Origin: Hydrolagus colliei
Lineage: Eukaryota
Length of the DNA: 64,000 nt
Assembly: GCA_035084275.1 (NCBI GenBank)
Contig: CM068749.1
Span: forward strand, 13,020,001-13,084,000
Direction: 5' to 3'
Positions 36,266 to 48,173 of this stretch are shown here, in pieces. The notes under the pieces were generated by a model. That model was not told where the DNA came from and did not search any database. It saw only the letters and a program-made list of their open reading frames with translations. Every line of letters begins with the position of its first letter. Position 1 is the first letter of the stretch. The translations under genes and the position numbers were made by a program.

Positions 36266-39200
36266 CAAACAACATTGTATAATTCAACAGACCTTGACAT
36301 CAACATTACATACTTTCTGGACCTAGAGCACGCATTTCGAAATGTGCGTGCACCGCGACCGCGTGCGCATCGTCAGTGCGGACGCACCGTCAATGTGCCC
36401 GCACCGCGACTGAGCGCGCACCATAAATGCGCGCGCGCCATCAATGCACGCGCACTTCGAATGCACGTGCATGCGCAGTATAAAAACTCGATAGATCGGT
36501 TTAAGCAGGTATGAGCAAACGGATATATCCATATCCGGAAAAATCCCATATCGCCGTTCCCTAATCTCCAGTCTTTCAATTGATTGTTGACCATGAAAAT
36601 AGCCATTGTTCAGACAATTAAAAGTCAGTTATAAAAACAGGTACTTCCACTTAAAAAATCAATATAAGAGCTGGAAGGCAGGAGAAAAAAATGAATAATA
36701 CGTTTTAAAGTTAGAATTATGATAAAGGGGTAGAAATGATTTGGGAAAAAAGTAGAAAATAGCTTACTTTTTAAAAATAACAATGGTGAGAGAATAGGTA
36801 GAAAGACGAAGTAAAATAAAGGTTAACTGGGATCACATAGGTAATCTTTTTTAATGATTTATTTCTATTTGAAAATAATGTATTTCTGCTACAAGTCAAA
36901 ATTATAGCACAGAGCTATTCCTGATATTTTTCAGAAGCTTTATGATGATATTGAGAGAATTGTCTGCAGTGTCACAATCATGAGTTGGTAATATTCATAT
37001 AACTATACTAATGCTCAACCTAGAGAGTCCAATGTTTCCATTACCTTTCCAGCAATCAGACAATGAGCACCAAAGACTGAGATATAGCAGAACAAAGTGA
37101 TTTAATCATTCTGTTTGTTACCCTCTGTCTCTCCCAGTCAGCACCTTAGCTCATTCTGATTTGTACACAATTTGCTTCTTTGCAAATTATAACAATATTG
37201 ACATTTTACAGAGATTTAAAAGTAGCACCCAACACAGGATGGCTCCCAATTCTTATACTGTTGGAAGTTGCAAAATGGTGATTCCCCTAAGACCACAAAA
37301 GCCTGTGTTCAGATCACAATGGAACTTCCAGCAGACATTGCACTGGGCTTTTTGTTTGTTTTTAGTGAATACATTTTCACATATATGGTGTTTGCAAAGC
37401 ACTCCCAAATCCTCATGAGATGTAAGCTTTCAGAAATCAATAGATATCGAAAGTGTTTTGTGTGGAATTACGGGTGATAGGAAAAGGTTTCATGTGCTGA
37501 GAATTCAGGTGGTGAAGCGAGTTCGGAACTTCCTTTGTGACTATCTTTGCTTTTAGCTGATATTTTTCTTTCCAGGACTGTCACCTACTTCAGTGACTAA
37601 AGCTGTGTGCATACTATCCTTTTATACCAAGAGGCAAAAGGGTTTCCTGAATCAAATGGTTATGGGTGATGACATCCTTCCCTGTGTGCACATAAAGTGT
37701 TAGGGCTAGTGGGGGCACCTTAAAAGATAGCATGAGCAAAACATATGTGCAGCCTCAAGGGATTCAAATAATTAAGCTTTCCTCCTTTAAGGTTAAAGAA
37801 AAAGAGCTTACATTTTCATAGGGCTTAATAGCATTGCTTTCAACACACTTTATCACCCTTTTGTTTTCATTCATAAGCACTGCAAAATCTTAAGTTGTTA
37901 ACATATAACTTCTGTTTCCCCAGTCAACCGAAAAACTGCCCAAGACCGTATTGTTCCCTTTTTGCCAACAATATTTTATTCTTCCACAAAGTGCTCCAAA
38001 GCTGTCATTCACTGGATTGTGAGGACATGTCTGCAAGTACCATGCAGCTTTACAGGGGAGTTTACAGTTTGTTTTTGCTGTAGTTATTAGTCTCGTGCTC
38101 AATAACAGCCTGAACATGTGGAATTGCTTCAGCAGCTTACAATCCAAATGAGCAACAAAATTCCTTTGAAGGGATCTCAAAAGAATACTGAAAAGATCGG
38201 ACCAAATAGAAGAGGTGTAATTCACTGAGAAAATGTAACATTCTGCAATGTATTTTTACAAATTCTTTTATCAAATTTTATCTGTAGTCCTATTTTATAG
38301 GGTGGAACCCGCCTGTGGCTATCTCACCTGATGGTTTGATAAAGTATATGTAGTGCACAGTGAAATATTTGAATACAGTGTCAAGAAAATGACTTGCACA
38401 AAGACCAATGCAAGTACAACGCCAATGGCATCCAAAGCCACGATACGTACTATTACTGTGAATTGCAATATCCTGAACGCCTCAAAATGTTTAGGTTTTC
38501 AGGCAACTGTAAAGAATAAATTGAAATATTTCACAATCAGTAATGATTCCATGCAAATTTTTGCTCTGAAAATAGGAATTGATCCTCCTTACATTGCTAT
38601 TTTTAAAAGTGAGATAACTTCTGCCTTTTGAAATGTATCAAGTAATACCAGTCATTTCCAGTACAAATTGAGGGTAAAATTGTAGAGTAAAGCTGAGTCT
38701 TGAGGACATTGATTCACACTGAGAGCTCTGCTTCCAAAAGCCTCTCAACACCACTATTAACCATTATTTGGAAGTTGTTAGAGTCTTGTCTCCATATCAC
38801 TTAGTTGGGCAAAGAGCTCTTTTCAGTCCCTATCGATCGGGAGAGTGTGAGGTAATGGCGTACCTTCTGTGAAGGGAATGTATATCCCTTTAGTTGCACC
38901 TCTCCATATGTCTTGAGAGAACTTTTAACATAAGATGACATTTGCTGTATTCTTAACCAGTTCTCTTAATAAGAAAACCCGTTAGATCTATCGATTTCAT
39001 CTTTCACAACAAATCAGTGTTTAATCAAAGCAAAATGTGTTCACACCTTCTAAGCTTTTTTGAAGGCTTTCATTTTCCACTAATTCTTAAACATATTTGT
39101 CCCCTAAAATTACAACATTTACTCCTAGTTGCAATGTAAATGTTATTTTTAAATCCTTGGTAATTTTGAAACCAACCATATTTTCCATTATTACACTTTT

Positions 39201-39809
39201 ATGCTTCAAATCCAGAGAGAACACATTTTCTGACACACCATCTCTGTTCTGGAATACTTCATATTCACAAAATATTTAATGAGTCTCAACAAAGACAGGC
39301 AGAGTAGAGTGACTGTGCACATGTGACTGGGTACCCAGGAACCAGACGCATCTTTGTTTATCTCCCATTTAAAATAACCCTAAATAATTTGCACAAAAGG
39401 CTTTATACCAACTGTATAAATTATTCATCTTTTACCTTTATTGATCCAACACTGAGGAGTTATGTTCGATTATTTATAATGGGCACACCTTCATTTCTTG
39501 GCTCCTCAGCAGCTCGGAGAAGCCTTTGATTCTATACATTGAGAGAAAATAAGTTTGTAAAGATGCTTTTTACTTTTTTTTGTCAGTGAATATATTGTGA
39601 GGTTTCATAAAGTACAGTGTTTTGGGAAAAACACGGATATTCTTCAATGAGCCTTGTTAATTACAAATCAAATCAACCCAATAAAATAAATAAACTTGTA
39701 ACTTTAAATACACCATGCAATTTATCAAATCATAGAATGAGTTACAACTGGAAAATTCTGCTTGAGTTCAGCATGAGGGCTAATTTATAAGGAGTGTATT
39801 GGCAAACTT

Positions 39810-40132
39810 GAGCTCCATTCCCATGAGCTTAAGGGTTGATGTAATTGGGGTGTTTAAAACGATAAAGGGGTTTGACATGTTAGGCAGCGAAAAGTGTTTT
39901 CTTTTGGTTGGACAATGTGGAACAAGATGACACAATCTTAAAATTAGAGCCAAGGTGGTTAACAGTGAAATCGGCTTTAAGTGTTATGGAAATGTGGAAT
40001 TCACTAACCCAAAAGTTTGAGGGATGATGTGAAAGGACAGAGAAATTATTGAAAAATATTAAGTTGCAGATGATCTAATAAAATGGTAATGCAGGCTTGA
40101 TGGGCTGAATGGTCTATGCCTGTCCTTATGTG
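39810..40132 (+). mobile_element. CR1 LINE 3' end
   Basis: LRVDVIGVFKTIKGFD...GTR*HNLKIR matches the CR1 C-terminal LRGDLIEVFKIMKGFD...RTRGH; tail gcaggcttgatgggctgaatggtct...cttatgt. Confidence 0.85.
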
Positions 40133-40969
40133 GTCAGTAAACCGTTTCCTCAAAGGGATTTCTTACCTGATTGCTTCTTATCTTCATTTTGTTTAAATGC
40201 AAGGTCCCCATATTCTGTTTGCATTGAAGTTGCCAGAAAGGGGAACAGTTTCCCAAGCAGGTGCCATTGGAATGCTTGTTTCTTTGACTTAAGAATTAGG
40301 CAATCCAAATACGTGAATGTTCACATATGGTGTAGTTGTAAGTTTTGTCGTCGCATTTTTTTCAACAAAAAAAGCTTGTTGGCTTCACAGTAACAGGAAG
40401 CAGCTGAGATATTTGCAGAGTTCTCGAGAACTCTGATAAGCGTTGGACGCTATTACTAATTCACCTGCAGTGGCTTAACGTTGGGAATTTTCCACGGAAT
40501 AAACAAATGCAAATGACAGCAGTTTCTCTTAGTCAGCAGTAGTGCCACTTGTTCTGTCGTTAAACTTTGAAAACACAGAAGAAAATTCATAATATGGATT
40601 ATCTGTCCTTGACACACAAAATATACATCCCAAGGCACTTCAATGAATTATTAATTAAAATTTGTCAAAATTATTGATGGAAACTTGGCTTTAATGACCT
40701 CATTAGGTGAGTCGTTTCCAACCACAGGCCTGTGAGCTTCCAGAGGTTTTACAGTGAGGCCAGATACTTGACCCAAAATGATTTTCTGTCACTTTAGCCC
40801 CTCTTACCAACAGTTGGTGAATATTAGATTTAATTCAACCCTTCAATGCTGATCATTGCAAAGCAGCAAAGCTGGTATGGATACATATATTAATGGAATT
40901 AAAGAATTAATAAAATCTTATCTACACCTGGGTTATCTCTTTTCATTCTAGTTCATTAAACGGATGGTA

Positions 40970-41125
40970 AATAATAATAACAATTGCATGTTGTATAGCG
41001 CCTTATCACATCATCGAAACATCTCAGAGAACTTCACAAGATTTGCTGTGAAATGTAGTGACTGTCTATTTGTATGAAATTCTGACAGCAAATTGCGCAC
41101 AGCGATAGCCTACAAGCAACAATGA
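40970..41125 (-). mobile_element. SINE 3' part
   Basis: aataataataacaattgcatgttgtatagcgccttatcacatc...cttcacaag...caaattgcgcacagc. Confidence 0.75.
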
Positions 41126-42525
41126 AAGGAAATGCTGATCTATATGCAAAGTTAAAGTAGTTTGCAGACACAAACCCTGAGATTGTATTTATGCATTAAA
41201 GTGAAAAATGCAGTAAATATTATAGCAATATATGCACATATTAAATTCATTTCTAGTGCACACAGCATGCCTAGTACTAGCAGTCAAAAGAGAAAAAATA
41301 CTTTGAACAATGTATTTTATAAAGAAATCAAATCTTTAGCAGGAGTTTAAGGTAGTGATTCAATCTTGTGGTTCTGATTATATTGCCTCGTATACTTTAT
41401 GTCATCAGAGCTGTACAGAATATGTGTAACTTACTATTTGTGTCTTTGAGCCTGAATACAATACACACCTGGCCACTGTATAGTTTTTGCTGAGATTTAA
41501 CATAGGAGCAGTTAAAGTTGGTAAATTTTAGAAACGGATCTTTGCAGAAGGATGGCAGATTCAAGATGATTATAACTATTTGCTATCGTGGCCCTTCTTT
41601 CGCTCGTCCATTTGTTGTGAATGGGCAACAAGGAATCTGAATTTTCCGAGCTGCGTGCCAGATCCATCTCTACGCATAAGCAAACCATCACTGGCTCGCA
41701 GAGATCAATTAGCATCATGATTAACCCTTACGATTGAGATCCTTAAAAGTGGCAGTGAAGAGATTGATTAGTATCTTTGTTAATCCTTAGAATGAGACGA
41801 AAGTTGCACTACAAAGATTGATCACCATCTTTACTTACCTTGACTCTACAACTCTACTCCAGTTTCAGATGTAAATAGGAACTGATCGAACACATTGCAA
41901 AACATCACACCACATTTGTAAATGTTACCAAAAGCAGACAGAACTAATAACAAGGAAGAATTGTTATTCCGATTCAACAACATTTGGGAAATTTGGAGGA
42001 GTTGGGCTGAATGTTGACAAATGCAGTTTTGTGTGGATACAAGTAAACCAATGTTGGTTTAAGGAAATAAAAGAGATTGTATGTTTCAAATGGAGCAGTC
42101 ATACAGGGTGCAGTTTGGATACAAAATCCAGCAGTTACTGTAGATAAGTGAGTCAAAAGGAAAAATCTAAATAATGGTAGTAATCCTTGCATTTAATGTA
42201 GCACATCTCAAGTCTGAAGGACATCTGAACATGCTTCATGGGATTTACTGCAAAGTGTCGTGACCATGTATTTTGTAGGTAGATTTAATAAAATAATCAG
42301 AAATAACGTGATGCTGAGCGATAGAGTAGAAATGCAAAGTTGTATTGTTGCTTTGCAGGATATTGATGAGACCTCCATCTGTTGGTTGACCTCCATTACT
42401 GTTGAAAGACACAAAATGGTCTGTTTTTCCTTAATATGGTGAGAACACGAGGAAACATGAGGGGACTTGGGAGGCAGGTGTACCCAAGAGTTTTAGATGT
42501 GCTTAGATAGAATATGAATAATTTT

Positions 42526-43210
42526 ATCAGACATAGAAATCGCTGGGAACACTTTGCAGGTCAGGCAGCATCTAAGGAGAAAGGAAAAGTGAATCAACAT
42601 TTTGGGTCCGTGACCCTTCATCAGAACAGAAGTAATTAAGGAGGCAATGTTGGTAGGGAGAGGCTTTCAAGGACTTGCAGAGAGGGAGAGGCAGAGCAGG
42701 GAAGACAAAGGAGAAAATGGGGTAGAGGGCAGGAGATGATGGGTTAAAAAGGTGTGAATGTTGTGAAACAGAAGGGGGAGATTGAAACAAAACTGGAGAG
42801 AAGGAGTGTTAATAATGTTAAACGAAGAGAGGGGTTGAAATTGTAAAAGAACAAGCAGATCAGATGGTCACAGAAGAGGGGGGAGGTGAGCTGTTGTGGC
42901 CTGAAATTATTGAAATCAATATTAAGGCCAGAGGACTGTAAGGTCCCTAGCAGATAGATAAGGTGCTGTTCCTCGAGCTTGCGCTGCTGTTCATTGGAAC
43001 AGCGTAGGAGTCAGTGGATGGGGAGGTCAGACTGCGAGTGGGAAGGAGAGTTGAAATGGCAAGAAACCGGTAGGTCAGGATTGTATTTGTGGACAGAATG
43101 GAGATGTTTAGCGAATCGATCACCCAATCTGTGTTTGGTCTCCCCAAATGTTCCCAGCAATTTCTGTTTCTGTTTCAGATTTCCAGCATCTGCATATTTT
43201 GCGTTTTTTT
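42526..43210 (-). mobile_element. Penelope-like retroelement: 5'-truncated, with GIY-YIG C-terminus, pLTR and an inverted terminal piece
   Basis: Minus frame ~43148-42897 reads GETKHRLGDRFAKHLHSVHKYNPDLPVSCHFNSPSHSQSDLPIH*LLRCSNEQQRKLEEQHLIYLLGTLQSSGLNIDFNNFR. pLTR-type gcaggtcaggcagcatct at ~42556. 43149-43210 is an inverted copy of the terminus. Confidence 0.92.
42591..42630 (-). ncRNA. Decayed minimal hammerhead ribozyme motif in the Penelope pLTR
   Basis: Minus strand reads CUGAUGA-A-GGGUC-acg-GACCC-AAAAUGUU. The first core box and stem II are intact; the expected GAAACGUU reads AAAAUGUU. Confidence 0.65.
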
Positions 43211-44264
43211 TAATTAATAATTTGATGCTATCTTTATCATGCTGGTAACAGGGTAAAAAGAGTTAAAAAAAATTAAGTACTCAACACGCTATTTTCCCTC
43301 ACTCTACGAGTCTCTCTCAAATTTCTTTTCATCCCTTCTCTACCAGGCTTGTTGCATCGAATAACACACAGTGCTGAAGCAGTGCTGCCCTCCAGCAACT
43401 GGGTGACCTGCCGATAATGATATTTTACAACATTTTTTTAAAGGCAATTTCTGCAGAGGAGTCGGTAAACTTGTAATTGGACACATGGGATTTTAATAAA
43501 ATGTTAGCTCACACCGTGCATATGTGAAATAAGAATAAAAGGCTGTTTATCAAGAGTAAACGTGCACGTGTGCTCACTCATGAGATTTGCTAGTAACCTA
43601 AGGTCTCATTTAGCAGCTTTATTATTTGTAACTCTTTTGTTCATCAGAATATGCAAGTCAGTAGCTAGCTTGAGAATTAAAATAAAAAAAACACTCTTGC
43701 TTTCCTTACAGAACCTTGCATAACGCTATTAGAATGATTTGATAGACTGCAATACACTCACTGGTGGGAACTTCCCACTGATCAATCTGTCTTTTATTTG
43801 CTAGATCTATCTGTTCATTGGATAAATAAGCCTATATATCATGTAAATCTTCAGTGGTTTGGTTTATACGACCGTATTTAATTATTAACTTTTGCTGGTC
43901 TTGGTAACACAGTGGGGTTTTGTAAATAATGTACTCAGTGAAGATCTGTGACTCTGCGATCGTGTCCACAATAAACATGAAAATCAGGGAAGTGAAGAGA
44001 AGTGCTCCAAAATGCCACCCCACATTAATTATTCTATATAAATGCAAGTTATTGTTGAAAAGAGGGTGATTCCTTTGGAAACTAATGGCCTTCTAGACCT
44101 TTTTCCATTCATTTCCGTTTTTGCTTCCCTTATACGTTTCTATGATTGCTGAGCTATTTAAATCAGTTTGGATTCAAATATCTATTGTTTGCAAATGATT
44201 TTTAGTTTTCCATTACTGCATGATGTGTTTCTGTTTAATGTGTAATTAGGAACTTCTGGAGACT

Positions 44265-44428
44265 AGTAACTTTTCTGTGCCTTTCACATTGGGAGGATGT
44301 CCCAAGGCGCTGAACAGTCGGGGGTCAGGGCTCGAGCATGGTTGGGTTGATGAAGGGCAGAGAAGTAGGAGGGCGACTGAAGGCAAGGTTGAAGAGGAGG
44401 GTCTTGAGACCAGTCTTGAAGGAAGCAC
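44265..44428 (-). mobile_element. L2 3' end fragment
   Basis: gcctttcacattgggaggatgtcccaaggcgctg...gaagaggagggtcttgag...cttgaagga is the reverse complement of 21690-21850. Confidence 0.85.
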
Positions 44429-47400
44429 GGTCTCTAAATGTTTGTTCTTTCCTGTTGAGCTATTTTAACTCTTTTGCAACATTTTGCTTTTTCTTCCTAT
44501 GTTGCATAGATCCTCACTCAAAAGCTAGCCAGCAAACAACAGGTGTGTTAAATAGAGAGGCCAAGGTATTTTATTACCATAATAAACCACACATTTATGC
44601 AACTTTCATTATCGGTTTATGCCGTTCAGGCATCTGTTAATCACACATAAAGCGAAACATTTACAGCTCACAGACTCACAAAAAAGGTTCTTGTTCTAAG
44701 TCTTTTCACAGGTATACATTAACCATTCATGAAACTCAGTTTCCACAATTCAAGTGTGACCATGCTGCACCCAGCCAGAAGCATTGCCATGAATTCAAAG
44801 ATGCTCAAACCATGAATGTTAGAATAAACTGCTGTATTGTAAAGTATATTATAGTGATAAAGTGATGTTACACTTGTGCTGCTGTGACTCCTGAATTTAA
44901 ATGTGAGCGAGCTTCTTGATACCACCGTGAGATTATAAACTGTGATGAACTTCCTTGGCAACATGCACAATTCCTTCAAATTAATTGAGGTTAATGATAA
45001 ATGTGATAATCGTTGTGTTTGATATGACATCTGATCACTTAGAGAAGCAAAAGTGCTACCGCCAACCAGGATATACAGTGATTTGCTAAGATTTATCGTG
45101 CGAGTGAGATTTGCTGCTTTATCAAAAATCTGGATTATTATTGATAATACTCATCCTTGCATTTGATATAGCACCCTAACAGATCATCTAAACAGATTCA
45201 CCTGCTTCATAGGCTTTACTGTAGAGCATTATTTATTCATTATTATTAATAATTTTAAATGGGATATCTTAATAAGAACTCTGAATCAAAAATAGGGACT
45301 TCTTCATGTAACCGTAGGAAAGTCATACAAAACTTGTAACATTGTACTAAGCTAATGCAGACTGGGAAATTTCTAAGTTCATATGCTTGTTTGCACTGAG
45401 CCAACTGTTCAAAGTCAGAATTTGGAGTCATTTAGAGAGAGTTTGGAGCTCCCAGAATTTTGAGCTCCCAATGCTGAATAAAATCCAGTAATTCATGTTG
45501 GATTGCATACTTGTATTAATTGAAAGTAAATTAGGCTCAGTTGTAATGCCCCTATAGTTGAAGAGCTTGTCAATATTCAGTGTCTGAGCAACCTGAGACT
45601 TGAGACATTGCCATTACAAGAGGTGCAATGTAGGAAAATCTGAGAGAACAAAATGTTGACTGATTTCTGAGAAAAATGGGAGAAGCCAAAAACTCTGTGG
45701 TACAGTGCCTATAGGTTATATGAATAAGAATTTAGTAATTAATGAGGCACTGTATTGCACTTAATAGTTGAAATTTTTCAGAAAATGATTTGAGTGGATG
45801 CTGAATTGTGTAACACTGAGCGTAGCTTGAAAGCTGCAAAGCACTAATTGTATCTACTAGGCACAGAAACCTTTCCAGGCATGTTTTGTGCTGTCACGTG
45901 CAAAAGCTGCAGGATTCAGTTCAAAAGGACTGAGCTTCCTTTTCTAAAACTGAGAATGAAACGTATAAATTGCTGCTTTAGCAATTAAAGCAAATGATAA
46001 ATTCAACAAGACTAATGGTCGGCTATCCACTAACACTTTTGAAATGCCTGGATTCACACCACGAGATCGCAGCAAGCCCAGCTCATGCAAAAGGTTGATA
46101 ATTAATCCCTAAGTGGATAATATTCAATGGATTATAGGGGATTGTGCAACACACTGCGCTCAGAGAAAGCACTGCTTTCCCAGTGGCTATGATTCATAAT
46201 AATGCACTTCTAGATTAGCTTTGAAAATTCTTCTGTGGGCTTTGGCTCTTTTATTTACTTCAATTCGTTATTTTATGAATATTTCTCTCTCAAACTTCTT
46301 TTGAACAGCAAATGAATTGTGAATGCCTCAGAACCCTCCAACTCAGCGATTGCTGTTACAAGTATATTATGAGGACAGGACACGGTGCTGCTTAAGCAGT
46401 AATGAAGTCAGAATTCAAGCTACCCAGTGATGTGGAAGAAGGCAAATAATCTCCACGTTATGTAACTTGAGGGGGAAATTCTGAACACAGTGCAGTTCAA
46501 GAGATGGGTTTATATCCCACAGAGCAAATAATGACTAGTATTGATTAAAATTACTTTCTTACAGTTGATTGATGGGGAAAATTACTGATCAATCCCTGGA
46601 CACTACTGAAGTTTGTAGATGGGTCGCAGGTCAGAGTACTGTAACTCCCATTCCCCCCACCCCCGCCCCTCCCACCCGCATTGCTCACCATCCGAAAAAT
46701 ACAATTATTTCATTCAGGTGCTTGAATATTTTTCCAGGATTCGATTATCTCACCACCTTTTCTTTGGAAACAACGCAAAGGATCACGTTACTCAAACAGC
46801 CCGGATAATGCAATTATGCAGTTGTCGCTTATTGCATACATTGTGATCTGTAAATTATAACACACAAGGAGGGTAGGCGGGAAAGGATTTTGGAAAGATC
46901 TGATTTCTTTGGCAGTTGCCTGCTTACAGAACAGGCATCAGACCTTTTTCGTGCTCGCTTTTGCTCCTTTCCATCAACAACCTTTTAACATACAAACTTG
47001 ACACATGCTTCAGGACTATGACGGGTGCTATTATAAAAGAAGTACGTTTCAAATGTGCTGCTTAATGAAAGCCTGAGGTCAGGGGGCATTTCAAAGCAGT
47101 ATTCCTTATGAAGGGCACGCATTTAATTTACGTACGACTCATCAGTCAGGATGATTCTCTGTCTAGAAGCTCGCACCACAGACTATTTTGAGAGCTATTG
47201 GAGGGTACCAGATGGTTCATTAGTAGTGCTTGCACAGGTCAAAGGCTTTCGGAATCATTTAGAGATGTCAAACTGAAACAAGAGCATTGTCAACTTTTAA
47301 CCAGGATTTACAGTTAAAGATTGGGATATTAATTCAACCTCAGGTCAGTAAATTAATCAGGGATTACAACTGTTGTATTATGTATATTTAGAAATTATGT

Positions 47401-47912
47401 ATATTATGTATATTTAGAAATCCAGGTAACAGAGTATTGTATTCTGATTGTACCATAGCTGTCAACCAATTTGCAGCCTACTTTCTCATGCAGAATCCTA
47501 AATACCTGAACCTAACGAATTTTAATCTACCAGGCTCATCTTCATGTTGATAATACAACACAAATTGACATTTGTCTAGTGCCTTTTTGTGTTGTGAACA
47601 AGCACAACCAAGCTGGCTAATTGGTAATTCAAATGAAAACTGCACAATATTCATAATTATAATTTTTTAAAAACTCAACATTTCATAAAAGGAGAATGAA
47701 AACAACAAATGAGACAAATCAGCACACCTGTCCTTTTTAATGTTGGCAGCTACAATAGACAAGAACAGCAAAATAAAAGAAGCTTTTTTCTTAATGGAAG
47801 AACATTTTTGGGTCTCTTTCTCACTCACTTCTCTTTCCCTCTCTCTCTCTCATCCCTCCTTCTGTTCCTCTGGTTCCTAGCCCTCTATAACCAGTCATTA
47901 ATTGTGACTTAA

Positions 47913-48173
<261 letters not shown>

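Larger units (their letters stand above)
34478..36563 (+). mobile_element. Internally deleted hAT DNA transposon (Ac/ZBED1-like), 2086 bp
   Basis: Perfect 14-bp TIR TAGGGAACGGCGAT (34478-34491 / 36550-36563), perfect 8-bp TSD ATCTCCAG (34470-34477 / 36564-36571) and a BED-finger coding remnant. Confidence 0.95.

Noticed and set aside
35441-36306. Long ORFs of 275, 264 and 154 aa rich in P/S/L, and shorter E/G/R-rich ORFs
   Set aside because: Artefacts of the stop-poor GA satellite.
47376-47421. Short tandem duplications (also near 4848 and 63038) and (GA)n near 63178
   Set aside because: Ordinary slippage products.
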